Assembly (NCBI GenBank): GCA_026985685.1 | Contig: JALSQA010000402.1 | Coordinates: forward strand, 1 to 26,849 | DNA: 26,849 bases | Reading direction: 5' to 3' | DNA from: Campylobacterales bacterium | GTDB lineage: Bacteria > Campylobacterota > Campylobacteria > Campylobacterales > QNZT01 | Shown here: in pieces, positions 8,243 through 18,260 of the stretch | Layout of the letters: every line of letters begins with the position of its first letter | Numbering within the stretch: the first letter of the stretch is position 1 | The notes under the pieces: generated by a model | What the model saw: the letters and a program-made list of their open reading frames with translations, nothing else | The model's database searches: none | What the model was told of the DNA's origin: nothing | Position numbers and translations under genes: made by a program

Positions 8243-8497
8243 CTAATTTAAATTAATATGATAGACAGTTCGTGGGTAAGAAAATTTATTTTGTTTTTTT
8301 TGAAGATAGATTTTATATATCCAACTATCTTTTGAGATTTGTTCATCCAATAAGACTTCTTGCTCTCTATCGTTTCTCTCATTCTGAGAATTTAAGTCTA
8401 CAGCATCAACACTTATATATTTATAAAGTAGTATCACTATAGCCACTATGAAGCTCAGAAGAACTCCAAAAGTGACATAGAGATATTTTTTTTGCAT
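8243..8497 (-). CDS. Small single-TM membrane/periplasmic hypothetical protein between rpsA and serA
   Basis: 84 aa, N-terminal hydrophobic segment, tightly packed between rpsA (3-nt gap) and serA (8-nt gap). A hypothetical gene occupies the same position in C. jejuni (Cj0892c, recalled). Confidence 0.8.
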   Translation of the reverse strand: MQKKYLYVTFGVLLSFIVAIVILLYKYISVDAVDLNSQNERNDREQEVLLDEQISKDSWIYKIYLQKKQNKFSYPRTVYHINLN

Positions 8498-8500
8498 AAG

Positions 8501-10198
8501 CTATTTTAATTGGTCTTTGATGATATCCCCAAGTGTTGATTTGCTATCATCATTGTAAGCATTTAATGCTTCTTTTTCTTTGATTCTTGCTACTCTTTTA
8601 ACAGAAAGACGAATACGTCCTTTTTCTGTATCTATAAAAGATATTGCAGCTTCTAACTCTTCACCATTTTCAAGTTCATCAGCTTTTTTCTCACCTAAAT
8701 CTTCATGACGGATTAAAGCATCTACACCATCTTCAAGCTGTACAAATACACCAAAATCTTTGATATCACGTACTGTTGCTTTAACAATATCATTGTTTTT
8801 ATGTGTTTTTGCAAATTTTTCAATTGGACTCTCTTCAAGATCTTTTTTGCTAAGTGAAATTTTCTCATTGTCATGATCTATACGTACAATTTTAACTTCT
8901 ACTTCATCACCCTCTTTTAAAAGATCTCTAGCTTTTACACTTCTATCCCATGAAACATCTTCATTGTGTAACAATCCTTCTACAGAATCAATTCTGACAA
9001 AAGCTCCAAAATCAGTGATAGTAGTTACTTTTCCTGTAACAACATCTCCGTTTCTATGTTTTGATTTAAATTCATCAAATGGCTTTGGTAAAATATTTTT
9101 TAATGAAACACGAAGTTTTTGTTTTTCAAAATCCATCTCAACAATCTCAACGTCTATCTCTTCATCTACTTCAAGATAATCTTTTGGATGTTTAATATTT
9201 TTATCCCATGAAATCTCAGATACATGTAAAAAACCTTCTACATCATTCCCTAGATCAACAAAAGCACCATAAGGTTCTATGTTGCTAACTTGTACTTTAA
9301 CTGCATCACCAACTTCAAGTTGCTCTCTTAAATCATCCCAGGGATTTGGTGTAGCAGCCTTGATTGACAATGAAAGATGACGTTTTGCTTCATCATATTT
9401 AATCGCTTTTACAGGAACTATCTCACCCTCTTCATATAATTTTGAAGGATTAACTGGACCTTTATAACTTATTTCACTATAGTGAACAAGTCCATCCACA
9501 CCACCAACATCAACAAACATACCATAACTTGTGATTTTTTTGATTACACCCTCTTTTGGCTCTTCACTTGCTAATAATGCATCAATAATCTCTTTTTTCT
9601 TCGCACGATCTGCTTCTATTAATACTTTTCTTGAACCAACAATTGATTTTGCTTCTTTATCAACTTTAATAATTTGTAATTGTACTTTTTTACCAATTGT
9701 AGATTTTGTATCTTTGAGATATGCTTGAGATTTTGGTAAAAATATTTCAATTCCATCACTGCTCTCTACAATAAAGCCACCTTTGTTTTTACCAATTACT
9801 TTTCCTTCAAGGATAACAGGTTCACCCTCTTCATCATAAGAGTTAACAAATTCTTCTACTTTTTTAGTTCTAAGAGCTTTTTTATACGATAACCCAGGTC
9901 TTTCATTGCGGTATCCTGTAATCATAACAGTAATTTTATCACCTACATTAAAAAGCAGTTCACCATTTTCATCAAGAATTTCATCTCGTCTTAAGATACC
10001 TTCTTGTTTCTTGCCAACATCAACTAAAACACTATTATCTTCTTCTTTATCAGCTACGATAACACCTTCAACAATATTACCACCTTTTTCTTCTTTGATA
10101 GAAGCTTCAAACATCGATGCAAAATCTTCTTCATCTCCTAAATCCATTGCCTCGATAGCACTCTTACTATGGGCTTTAGCACCCGCCTCATTTAACAT
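8501..10198 (-). CDS. rpsA: 30S ribosomal protein S1
   Basis: Six S1 repeats ('YGMFVDVGGVDGLVHYSEIS', 'YGAFVDLG..VEGFLHVSEISW'). ATG at 10198 is preferred over GTG at 10201 because of AAGGA SD spacing. Confidence 0.97.
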   Translation of the reverse strand: MLNEAGAKAHSKSAIEAMDLGDEEDFASMFEASIKEEKGGNIVEGVIVADKEEDNSVLVDVGKKQEGILRRDEILDENGELLFNVGDKITVMITGYRNERPGLSYKKALRTKKVEEFVNSYDEEGEPVILEGKVIGKNKGGFIVESSDGIEIFLPKSQAYLKDTKSTIGKKVQLQIIKVDKEAKSIVGSRKVLIEADRAKKKEIIDALLASEEPKEGVIKKITSYGMFVDVGGVDGLVHYSEISYKGPVNPSKLYEEGEIVPVKAIKYDEAKRHLSLSIKAATPNPWDDLREQLEVGDAVKVQVSNIEPYGAFVDLGNDVEGFLHVSEISWDKNIKHPKDYLEVDEEIDVEIVEMDFEKQKLRVSLKNILPKPFDEFKSKHRNGDVVTGKVTTITDFGAFVRIDSVEGLLHNEDVSWDRSVKARDLLKEGDEVEVKIVRIDHDNEKISLSKKDLEESPIEKFAKTHKNNDIVKATVRDIKDFGVFVQLEDGVDALIRHEDLGEKKADELENGEELEAAISFIDTEKGRIRLSVKRVARIKEKEALNAYNDDSKSTLGDIIKDQLK

Positions 10199-10236
10199 CA
10201 CAATCCTTTTACACTAATTTTATTTAAATTTGGAGC

Positions 10237-10242
10237 ATTATA
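10237..10242 (-). promoter_or_regulatory. Candidate sigma70 -10 box (TATAAT) for an internal rpsA promoter, overlapping the ispH stop codon
   Basis: Minus strand reads tctgTATAATgctcc; the TAA is the ispH stop; about 39 nt upstream of the rpsA ATG. Confidence 0.45.
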
Positions 10243-11068
10243 CAGAAATATTTCTTATGCTTTGTATGATATTTTGAATAATCCAATCTGGTGTTGATGC
10301 TCCTGCTGTTATACCGCATAATTTTTTGTTTTCAAACCACTCTTCTTCTAATTCATCTTCTGTTTCTACTAAATAACTATCCTTACAATTTTCCTTTGCA
10401 ATAGAAAGCAATTGTTTGGTATTTGAAGAGTTTTTCCCACCAATAACAATCATGATATCAGCATCTTTGGATAAATTATATGCTGCTTCTTGATTTTCAA
10501 ATGTTGCATTGCAAATGGTATTAAAAATACGTACTTCTTTAACATTTTCTATCAAGAAGTTTGTGATTTTTAAAAACTCTTTTATTTTACGTGTTGTTTG
10601 TGAAACAACGGCAACTTTTGATCCTAGATAGACATTTCTTAAATCTTCCACATCCATAACAACCAATGGTTTATTAGTTGCATAACTTTTTACACCTTTG
10701 ACTTCTGGATGATTTTCATCACCAAAAATCACTACTTTATAACCTTTTTGACTCATCTCTTGAACTATCTCTTGAGGTTTTGTAACAAAAGGGCAAGTAG
10801 CATTAATAATCTCTTTACCACTTTTTTCTAAAACATCCAATTCATCTTTTACGATACCGTGTGTTCGGATAATCACTTTATCTGTATTTTCAAGTTCATC
10901 TATTTCATGTGTAGTAGTTACATTGAAATTTTTTTCCAAACGATTAATCTCTTCTTTATTGTGAATCAAAGGTCCATAAGTTGAAGCATCTTTTGACTCT
11001 TCAGCTATTTCAATGGCACGTTTTACACCAAAACAAAATCCATAATTTTCAGCTAATTTAATTTCCAT
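10238..11068 (-). CDS. ispH: 4-hydroxy-3-methylbut-2-enyl diphosphate reductase
   Basis: 'GFCFGVKRA', 'LIHN', 'IRTHG', 'ATCPFV', 'SQTT', 'TICNAT', 'SSNT', 'AGASTP'. Confidence 0.97.
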   Translation of the reverse strand: MEIKLAENYGFCFGVKRAIEIAEESKDASTYGPLIHNKEEINRLEKNFNVTTTHEIDELENTDKVIIRTHGIVKDELDVLEKSGKEIINATCPFVTKPQEIVQEMSQKGYKVVIFGDENHPEVKGVKSYATNKPLVVMDVEDLRNVYLGSKVAVVSQTTRKIKEFLKITNFLIENVKEVRIFNTICNATFENQEAAYNLSKDADIMIVIGGKNSSNTKQLLSIAKENCKDSYLVETEDELEEEWFENKKLCGITAGASTPDWIIQNIIQSIRNISV

Positions 11069-12347
11069 TTTTTACCTCACTGATTCGTCCCAAAATATCT
11101 ATAAAATTGGGGAATGAAGTCTGTATACAATCAATATCTGTAATTTTCATTCCACATCTTAATCCTGCAATTGCAAAACTCATAGCTATTCTATGATCTC
11201 CACATGAGTCTATAACTGCACTTTTCATATCTGAACCATTGATACTATATCCATCTTCATATTCATCAACACTGATAGCACATTTTTTTAAGTTTTCTAC
11301 TACACTACTGATACGATCACTCTCTTTTACACGTAACTCTTTTGCATTTTTAACAATACTTTTCCCTTTAGCATATGCCATAGCTATACTAAGTGCTGGT
11401 AATTCATCTATCAACCAAGCGATATTATCACAAACTTCCACACCATTTAACGGAGCATATTCAACGATAATATCACCAATAGGTTCATATATATTTTCTT
11501 TTTCTACAAATGTTATTTTTGTACCCATTTTTTGCAATACTTTATATGCTTCAATTCTAGTTGGATTTAAAGATAAATTTTTTAATACCACTTTTGCATC
11601 TGGTGTAATTGCTGCTGCTATAGCAAAGAAAAATCCACTTGAAGGATCAGCAGGAACAGTGATATTTAAAGGTGATAATGGTTTTTTCATAGGTTCAATC
11701 TCAATTACCTCATCAAGTACATTAATATCAGCACCCATACCTTTAAGCATCCGCTCACTGTGATCACGACTCAAAATAGGCTCTTTATAGAAAGATTTCA
11801 CTTTGGCATTCAATGCCGCTAATATCATGGCACTTTTTACTTGTGCAGATGCAATTGGACTTTTATAATTAAATCCATCTAAATCATCCACCCCACGGAT
11901 GCCAATAGGAGCTAAATTTCCATCTTCTCTGCCATCAATTATAGCTCCAATGCTCCTTAGTGGGTTGGCAACTCTTTTCATAGGACGATTAGCAAGATAT
12001 TTATCACCAAATAGGACAAAGTATCCATTACGTGAAGATAAAAATCCCATAAAAAGTCGAATAGCTGTTCCTGAATTTCCACAATCCAAAATCGATGCAG
12101 GCTCAACTATATTTTTTGGAGGAGTTATTTTCAATACATTTTCTTCATATTCTATAATCCCACCTAGCTTTTTAACAATTTCTAAAGTATTTAGCGTGTC
12201 TTCTGCCTGTAAATAGTTGATGATCGTAGATGTTTTATCACTTAAAAGAGAAAATATTGCACAGCGATGAGAAATAGACTTATCACTTGCAATATCATCT
12301 ATCTCTAAAGAAAATTTTTTTGCAACTTTTACTTCTAAAAAACTCAT
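11058..12347 (-). CDS. aroA: 3-phosphoshikimate 1-carboxyvinyltransferase (EPSP synthase)
   Basis: 'DKSISHR', 'DCGNSGT', 'SAQVKS', 'RDHSE', 'LRVKESDR', 'DHRIAM'. Confidence 0.97.
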   Translation of the reverse strand: MSFLEVKVAKKFSLEIDDIASDKSISHRCAIFSLLSDKTSTIINYLQAEDTLNTLEIVKKLGGIIEYEENVLKITPPKNIVEPASILDCGNSGTAIRLFMGFLSSRNGYFVLFGDKYLANRPMKRVANPLRSIGAIIDGREDGNLAPIGIRGVDDLDGFNYKSPIASAQVKSAMILAALNAKVKSFYKEPILSRDHSERMLKGMGADINVLDEVIEIEPMKKPLSPLNITVPADPSSGFFFAIAAAITPDAKVVLKNLSLNPTRIEAYKVLQKMGTKITFVEKENIYEPIGDIIVEYAPLNGVEVCDNIAWLIDELPALSIAMAYAKGKSIVKNAKELRVKESDRISSVVENLKKCAISVDEYEDGYSINGSDMKSAVIDSCGDHRIAMSFAIAGLRCGMKITDIDCIQTSFPNFIDILGRISEVKNGN

Positions 12348-14662
12348 CTAAGACCTATTCCAAATTCTGTATCTAGTTTTGCTAAGATATTTTCTGTAAT
12401 CTTATTTATCTCTTCTTCTGTTAATGTTTTTTCCTGAGATTGTATCTCAAATCTTACAGTAAGACTTCTTTTGTCTTCTAATCCATCATCATACAAATCT
12501 ATAGGATAAAAAGTTACAACTTCTTTAGGCAAACTCTCAACAAGTCCTTCTCTTAGAGTAGAAAAAGAAAAATCTTTAGGAATCATCAAAGAAAGATCTC
12601 TATTTAAAGCAGGAAATTTTCCATATGATTTTGCAATTATCCTACTATAATTTAATCCATCAAAATCTATCTCACTAACATAAGTTCTAGGTAAACCAAA
12701 AGCTTTTTCTACTTCAATATGTACTCTTGCGATATATCCTATATCTTTTCCATCAACAATAACTCTTGCAAATTCATAAGGACTAAACAAGTCCATCTTT
12801 TGTGTTGCTTTTTCTAATGTAAAAGATCCTATGACATTAGATATTTTCTCACAAACTGCAAAAAAATCTATACTTTCTGGTTTGCCATGATTTTGTATAC
12901 CAGGATTTTGTGATAAACCACTCCAGATAAATGCCATCTTTTCATGTTCATCTCTTTGTCTATCAACTACTCTGCCTAATTCAAAAAGAGCAACACTGCT
13001 TTTGGAGTTTTTGATATTTTTACTTGCTGATTCTATCAAATGCAAAACCAATGAAGTACGAAGTGTATTTAACTCTTCACTTATTGGATTTGTGATATCT
13101 AATTTTTCATCAACACAAACTAAACCATATTTTTCCATAAGCTTTTTATTGTCAAAGAAATAATGCACAGATTCAAAAAAACCTGCACCTGAAGCTTTTT
13201 CTCTAAAATGAAGGCGTTTTTTATAAAGTTCATATGTTTTATTTATACGTCGTTTTTCAACTATTTCCAAAGGCTTTGAAGCAATATTATCAATACCTAT
13301 TAAACGAACAATCTCTTCTATGATATCTTGTTTGTGTGTAATATCACTTCGATAATCTGCAATCTTTACATATAAAGAATCACCTTTTACTTCACTCTTC
13401 AAACCAAGTCGGTTTAACAATAAAACAACTTCACTTTCATCTAGTTTTTGACCAATAAAATTTTCAATAAAGTTATACTCTATTTTCAAAATATTTTCAG
13501 CAAAAGGCTGTACTTGTTTTTGTTCACCTGAATAAATCTTGCAATCACAATCTAAAACAAGTTTATCACAAAGTCTATCCATACCAAAATCAAGGTCAGT
13601 TTCACTTCCACGTGAAGCGTGATAAAAAGTATCATCAACTTTTACTTTAGATATCATTTTCAAAGAAGATACAGTAGAAGGATGGATATAACTTGCTTCT
13701 AGCAATACTCCGTCTTTACCTTTATATTTACTATCTTCATCTTGATAAAGTCCTATTTTAGAAAGCACTTTAGAATCACTATAAACACTAACAATTCCAT
13801 TTTCATCATTTTTTAATGTTAATGAGACTTTACCATCATTTGATAAGGCAGAAAAATCATATGCATGTAAAATTACTCCATTATCATGATTTGCAAATGA
13901 TAAAATTTGTGAAAAACGTTCATCACTGTATAGTTCAACACAAGCTAATAAAAAAGCCTCTTTGAGATTTGAACTACATTTATCAATCTCAGCAAATCTA
14001 TACATGACATTTGCATCAATACTACCTTCAACATTTAATTCAAGTACCCTTGCTATACCACGACGATCTTCTTTAAATTGGATAACAGGTTTTTTTAACT
14101 CTAAATTCAATGCAGCTCCAAGATCTCTAGCTACACCTCTTACACTTAAACAATCCCCTCTATTGGCAGTCAATTCTATTTCAATAATATCATCATTAAA
14201 AACATCATAACTTTTAAGTTCACGTCCTAGTTCAAGCTCACCAATTGTCGTATCTAATGGCAAAATACCATCATTCATCTTTGGCATACCAATCTCATTT
14301 GCACCGCAAATCATCCCATGAGATTCAACACCTCTGAGTTTCGCATCTTTGATAATAAATCCATTACCAAGATCAGCACCAAGTGTAGCAACAGGAACAT
14401 ATAAATCTTGTGCAACATTTTTTGCACCACAAACAATTTGAGTAACTTCTGTACCTATATCTACCTGACAAATATTAAGTTTATCTGCATCAGGATGTTT
14501 TTCACAAGAAAGCACTTTACCTACTACAACACGAGCAGGAATCTCTACTTTTTGTACAGAATCTACTTCTAATCCTATGGCATTAAGTGTCTGACAAATT
14601 TTTTCTGTAGAGATTTTATCAATATCAATCCACTCTTGTAACCATTTTCTTGTAACTATCAT
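12344..14662 (-). CDS. pheT: Phenylalanine--tRNA ligase beta subunit
   Basis: '[13 protein letters not shown]', '[11 protein letters not shown]', '[10 protein letters not shown]', 'LRTSL' and C-terminal FDX-ACB domain 'RDLS...SLTVRF..Q..EKTLT'. Confidence 0.97.
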   Translation of the reverse strand: MIVTRKWLQEWIDIDKISTEKICQTLNAIGLEVDSVQKVEIPARVVVGKVLSCEKHPDADKLNICQVDIGTEVTQIVCGAKNVAQDLYVPVATLGADLGNGFIIKDAKLRGVESHGMICGANEIGMPKMNDGILPLDTTIGELELGRELKSYDVFNDDIIEIELTANRGDCLSVRGVARDLGAALNLELKKPVIQFKEDRRGIARVLELNVEGSIDANVMYRFAEIDKCSSNLKEAFLLACVELYSDERFSQILSFANHDNGVILHAYDFSALSNDGKVSLTLKNDENGIVSVYSDSKVLSKIGLYQDEDSKYKGKDGVLLEASYIHPSTVSSLKMISKVKVDDTFYHASRGSETDLDFGMDRLCDKLVLDCDCKIYSGEQKQVQPFAENILKIEYNFIENFIGQKLDESEVVLLLNRLGLKSEVKGDSLYVKIADYRSDITHKQDIIEEIVRLIGIDNIASKPLEIVEKRRINKTYELYKKRLHFREKASGAGFFESVHYFFDNKKLMEKYGLVCVDEKLDITNPISEELNTLRTSLVLHLIESASKNIKNSKSSVALFELGRVVDRQRDEHEKMAFIWSGLSQNPGIQNHGKPESIDFFAVCEKISNVIGSFTLEKATQKMDLFSPYEFARVIVDGKDIGYIARVHIEVEKAFGLPRTYVSEIDFDGLNYSRIIAKSYGKFPALNRDLSLMIPKDFSFSTLREGLVESLPKEVVTFYPIDLYDDGLEDKRSLTVRFEIQSQEKTLTEEEINKITENILAKLDTEFGIGLR

Positions 14663-15651
14663 CTAAACTGCTCCAATAAACGTAAATCTCCCTCAAATAA
14701 TGATCTCAAATCACCAATACGATGTGTAAGCATTGCAACACGCTCAACACCAACACCAAATGCATAACCACTAACATCTTTATATCCAACTGCTTCAAAT
14801 ACATTAGGATCAACCATACCTGATCCTAATATCTCTAACCAACCAGTATGAGAACAAACTCTACATCCTTTACCTTCACAAAAGATACAGCTTATATCCA
14901 CTTCTGTACTTGGCTCCGTGAAAGGGAAAAAACTTGGACGAAAACGTACAGCAACATCACCAAACATATATCGTAGAAAATCCTCAAGTATCCATTTTAA
15001 ATTTGCAAATGATATTTTACCTTCAACATCTACCATCAAACCCTCTACCTGATGAAACATAGGAGTGTGTGTCAAATCAAAGTCACGTCTAAATACACTA
15101 CCAGGACTGATCATACGAATAGGTGGCTTCTCTTTTTGCATAGTACGGATTTGAACAGGAGAAGTATGTGTCCTTAAAACCATAGAATCATTTAAATAAA
15201 ATGTATCTTGCATATCACGTGCAGGATGATGCTTTGGAAGATTCAGGGCTTCAAAATTGTGAAAGTCATCTTCTATAAACGGACCTTCTTCAACCGAAAA
15301 ATTTAATGCAACAAAATAATCAATCATTTTTTGCATTGTTTGCATCACTGGGTGTAGTGCACCTGATGAACTTTTAGCATGATACATAGTAACATCCACA
15401 CCATCTTTTGCCATCATTTCAGCAATAGCCTGTGATTGTAACATCATCTTTTTTGTATCAAAAAGCTCAGTTAATTTTGCTTTTTGAATATTAAGATTTT
15501 TTGCAAACTCTTTTTTCTCTTCATTTGGGATCTCTTTCATCTTGGCAAACTGTGCTGCTAAGACACCTTTTTTTCCAAAGATCTCAATACGTACATTTTC
15601 AAGTATTTTAAGATCACTTGCTTGTTTGATTTTTTCTTCTAAACTTTCCAT
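14659..15651 (-). CDS. pheS: Phenylalanine--tRNA ligase alpha subunit
   Basis: '[11 protein letters not shown]', '[11 protein letters not shown]', '[11 protein letters not shown]', 'FPFTEPS', '[10 protein letters not shown]'. Confidence 0.98.
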   Translation of the reverse strand: MESLEEKIKQASDLKILENVRIEIFGKKGVLAAQFAKMKEIPNEEKKEFAKNLNIQKAKLTELFDTKKMMLQSQAIAEMMAKDGVDVTMYHAKSSSGALHPVMQTMQKMIDYFVALNFSVEEGPFIEDDFHNFEALNLPKHHPARDMQDTFYLNDSMVLRTHTSPVQIRTMQKEKPPIRMISPGSVFRRDFDLTHTPMFHQVEGLMVDVEGKISFANLKWILEDFLRYMFGDVAVRFRPSFFPFTEPSTEVDISCIFCEGKGCRVCSHTGWLEILGSGMVDPNVFEAVGYKDVSGYAFGVGVERVAMLTHRIGDLRSLFEGDLRLLEQFR

Positions 15652-15741
15652 AAAGCACCTAATTTTTTTGTAGAGATTGTATTGAAAAATGGATTAAGGG
15701 AAACTATATTACCATGGACAAATCAATTAAGGAGTTCAAAT

Positions 15742-16098
15742 ATGTGTATATTTTGTAAAATAGTGGCAGGAGAAATGCCTTGTAATAAGATAATGGAAAA
15801 TGATGATTTCTTAGCTTTTCATGATATTTTTCCCAAAGCTCCGATTCATATTCTTATCATTCCAAAAGAACATGTAAAAAACTTTCAAAGCACTTCTCCA
15901 CAAATGATGGCAAAAATGACACCATTTATTCAAGAAGTAGCAAAACTTTTAGAACTAGATCAAAGCGGTTATAGATTGATTACAAATAATGGAAATGATG
16001 GCGGTCAAGAAGTACCTCATCTACACTTTCATCTGCTTGGTGGGACAAAACTCTCATGGCCACAACTTGCCAAAGACAGTAGTAAAAAAGCACTCTAA
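15742..16098 (+). CDS. HIT-family nucleotide hydrolase (Hint/HinT-like)
   Basis: MCIFCKI start with AAGGAG SD (start reassigned from 15682); histidine triad HLHFH; divergent from pheS as in other Campylobacterota. Confidence 0.93.
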   Translation: MCIFCKIVAGEMPCNKIMENDDFLAFHDIFPKAPIHILIIPKEHVKNFQSTSPQMMAKMTPFIQEVAKLLELDQSGYRLITNNGNDGGQEVPHLHFHLLGGTKLSWPQLAKDSSKKAL

Positions 16099-16102
16099 GC
16101 AA

Positions 16103-16124
16103 AAAGGGTATTTAAATACCCTTT
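16103..16124. terminator. Perfect 22-bp palindrome, probable bidirectional terminator of convergent hit and argH
   Basis: aaagggtattt|aaatacccttt; contains the argH stop codon. Confidence 0.6.
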
Positions 16125-17494
16125 AACCACTCTTCAAAATATAAAATTTGATCTTTTGTAGCTTTTGTTGCCGTACCGCCTTGTGATGTTCTGGCATCCA
16201 TAGAGTGACGAAGATCTAAATATTTTACTACATCTTCCTCTATACAAGGAGCAAATTCTTTTAATACTTCATAAGGCATTTCACTCAAGTCAATTTGCAT
16301 TTTTTCAGCTTCCACAACAATAGAACCTGTAATCTTATAAGCATCACGAAATGGCATATCACACTTTTGTACCAGATAATCCGCTAAATCCGTAGCACTT
16401 AAATGCCCTACTTTACACGCATTTTGCATATTTTTCTCATTTACTTGCATAGTGGCTAATGCGGCTGTCAATATCTCAATCGAAACTAATGCTGTCTCAA
16501 CACTATCAAATACTCCCTCTTTATCTTCTTGCATATCTTTATTGTATGCTAAAGGAAGTCCTTTTAATACCGTTAACAATGATATCAGATTTCCATAAAC
16601 ACGACCTGTTTTTCCTCGTAAAAGTTCTGGTACATCTGGGTTTTTCTTTTGTGGCATGATAGAACTGCTTGTAGAATATGCATCACTTAATGTTACAAAT
16701 TTAAACTCACTGCTAGACCACAAAATCAACTCTTCCGCAAGTCTTGAAATATGTGTCATGATTGTTGAAATATTAAACAAAATATCCAAAGCAAAATCTC
16801 TGTCACTTACAGTATCAAGACAATTTACAGTAGGTTCACTAAACTCTAGTAACTTTGCTGTTAAATTACGATCTAAATTATGTGGAGTACCAGCAAGTGC
16901 CGCACATCCTATCGGTGAATAATTATTTCTTTCATATGCACTATCTAATCTTTGAATATCACGTTTAAACATACTCATGTAAGCTAGCATATGATAAGCA
17001 AAATTGATAGGTTGGGCATGTTGGAGGTGTGTCATTCCAGGAAGCATTGTTTTAGTATGATCTTTGGCAATTTCTAAAAGAGTAACTTCTAGTTTTAAAA
17101 GCAATTGTTTAATAATCAATGTATTTTTTTGCACATATAAGCGAAAATCAAGTGCTACCTGATCATTTCGACTTCTTGCAGTATGAAGCTTTTTACCAGT
17201 GTCTCCGATAATCTCCGTCAAACGTTTTTCTATAGCCATATGAATATCTTCATCAGATATATCAAAAATAAATTGTTTATTTTCTATCTCATCTTTAATT
17301 TTAGAAAGACCATTTACAATATCATTTAATTCATGTTCACTCAATATACCTTGCTTTTCAAGCATAGTAGCATGAGCAATTGAACCTTTAATATCTTCTG
17401 CATATAGCTTTTGATCAAAAAGTAGTGATGCATTAAATTTATCAAGTAATTTTGAACTTTTTTCGGTCACACGACCTGATGCAAGTTTCGCCAT
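16112..17494 (-). CDS. argH: Argininosuccinate lyase
   Basis: '[10 protein letters not shown]', 'THLQHAQP', fumarate-lyase signature '[12 protein letters not shown]', '[14 protein letters not shown]'. Confidence 0.98.
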   Translation of the reverse strand: MAKLASGRVTEKSSKLLDKFNASLLFDQKLYAEDIKGSIAHATMLEKQGILSEHELNDIVNGLSKIKDEIENKQFIFDISDEDIHMAIEKRLTEIIGDTGKKLHTARSRNDQVALDFRLYVQKNTLIIKQLLLKLEVTLLEIAKDHTKTMLPGMTHLQHAQPINFAYHMLAYMSMFKRDIQRLDSAYERNNYSPIGCAALAGTPHNLDRNLTAKLLEFSEPTVNCLDTVSDRDFALDILFNISTIMTHISRLAEELILWSSSEFKFVTLSDAYSTSSSIMPQKKNPDVPELLRGKTGRVYGNLISLLTVLKGLPLAYNKDMQEDKEGVFDSVETALVSIEILTAALATMQVNEKNMQNACKVGHLSATDLADYLVQKCDMPFRDAYKITGSIVVEAEKMQIDLSEMPYEVLKEFAPCIEEDVVKYLDLRHSMDARTSQGGTATKATKDQILYFEEWLKGI

Positions 17495-17523
17495 ATAATC
17501 TCCTGATTTTTTAGGGGATTATA
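17494..17523 (-). promoter_or_regulatory. argH -10 box (TATAAT, 17518-17523) forming a 10/11 inverted repeat with the argH SD/start region
   Basis: Minus strand: TATAATCCCCT-aaaaaatc-AGGAGATTATA(TG). Confidence 0.5.
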
Positions 17524-17551
17524 ACCAAATATGGTTAATAGGATGAAGGCT

Positions 17552-17830
17552 TTATTTATCTACCCATTTAAAAATATCTAATATGATAATTTGATTTTTT
17601 TCTATATCAATAAAGTAAGGTATTGTATAACCTTTAAAAATATAATCCCTTGTATTCTCATCATCATAATGATATGACTTTCTAAATTTATATGGAAAAT
17701 ATGAAATAGATTCAATCTTTAGCTGAAGTTGTTGTCTAAATTTATTAGCAGACTCTTTACTGTCACAAGCTATATAATCCCATATATAATTAAAATTTTT
17801 TTTAAAAGCTGGATTATAAATTATTTGCAA
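17552..17830 (-). CDS. Type II toxin, RelE/ParE superfamily
   Basis: 92 aa. 'F..I.DYIA.DS...A..F...L...I..I...P...R' ParE-like pattern and 'GYTIPYFID'; overlaps the upstream acidic ORF by 17 nt. Confidence 0.85.
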   Translation of the reverse strand: MQIIYNPAFKKNFNYIWDYIACDSKESANKFRQQLQLKIESISYFPYKFRKSYHYDDENTRDYIFKGYTIPYFIDIEKNQIIILDIFKWVDK

Positions 17831-18077
17831 TTTTTTTATCTATATCCCTATCGATATTTGCCCACATCTCTTCGTGAGACATAGTTTTCATTTTACCGCT
17901 TTTGTACTCTTTGATTGCCTCATTAACTCTATTTTTAGCTTCCTTAGTTCCTATAGATGGATATCCATCATCTTTTAAATCTGCTAAAAACTCTTTAAAT
18001 TGAGCCTGCAAATCAATTCCTTGCTTTTTTATATCTTCATAAAGGCTATCTTCTAGTTCTAAGTTTATAGTAACCAT
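17814..18077 (-). CDS. Cognate type II antitoxin (putative RHH-like N-terminus)
   Basis: 87 aa from ATG 18077 (GAGGGG SD). Alternating beta strand TINLEL then helices; C-terminal 'EYKSGKMKTMSHEEMW' resembles RelB/ParD-type tails; directly upstream of the toxin. Confidence 0.75.
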   Translation of the reverse strand: MVTINLELEDSLYEDIKKQGIDLQAQFKEFLADLKDDGYPSIGTKEAKNRVNEAIKEYKSGKMKTMSHEEMWANIDRDIDKKIANNL

Positions 18078-18109
18078 TATTGCCCCTCTTTCAGTAATTT
18101 TATTGTCTA

Positions 18110-18118
18110 AGTATAACA
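18110..18118 (-). promoter_or_regulatory. Extended -10 (TGnTATACT) of the TA operon
   Basis: Minus strand ttttTGTTATACTtag, about 33 nt upstream of the antitoxin ATG, preceded by a T-tract typical of Campylobacterota promoters. Confidence 0.55.
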
Positions 18119-18141
18119 AAAAAACGATTAATCACTAATGC

Positions 18142-18159
18142 ACAAGTCCCATGACTTGT
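18142..18159. repeat. Short perfect inverted repeat upstream of the TA promoter (possible operator)
   Basis: acaagtc-ccat-gacttgt. Confidence 0.4.
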
Positions 18160-18206
18160 AGACATTGTTATCACCTCTTATACTCGATATACACATCCTA
18201 ATCTTA

Positions 18207-18240
18207 TATGCATTCCCAATGAAAACATTGGGAATGAGAG
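18207..18240. repeat. REP-like hairpin / possible sqr terminator
   Basis: cattcccaatg (18211-18221) / aaaa / cattgggaatg (18226-18236). The minus strand ctcattccca....tgggaatgcata resembles the TCGTTCCCAC...GTGGGAATGCA REP family (recalled). Confidence 0.55.
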
Positions 18241-18260
18241 GAAATTATAGCTAATTTTTT

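Noticed and set aside
8501-10198. Repeated motifs within rpsA as a novel repeat array
   Set aside because: These are the normal S1 domain repeats.
15682-15741. N-terminal extension of the HIT protein in the ORF track
   Set aside because: The SD (AAGGAG) and family alignment place the start at 15742; the extension overlaps the divergent promoter region.
18078-18119. Longer antitoxin start at 18119
   Set aside because: It overlaps the promoter -10 and lacks an SD; ATG 18077 has a GAGGGG SD.
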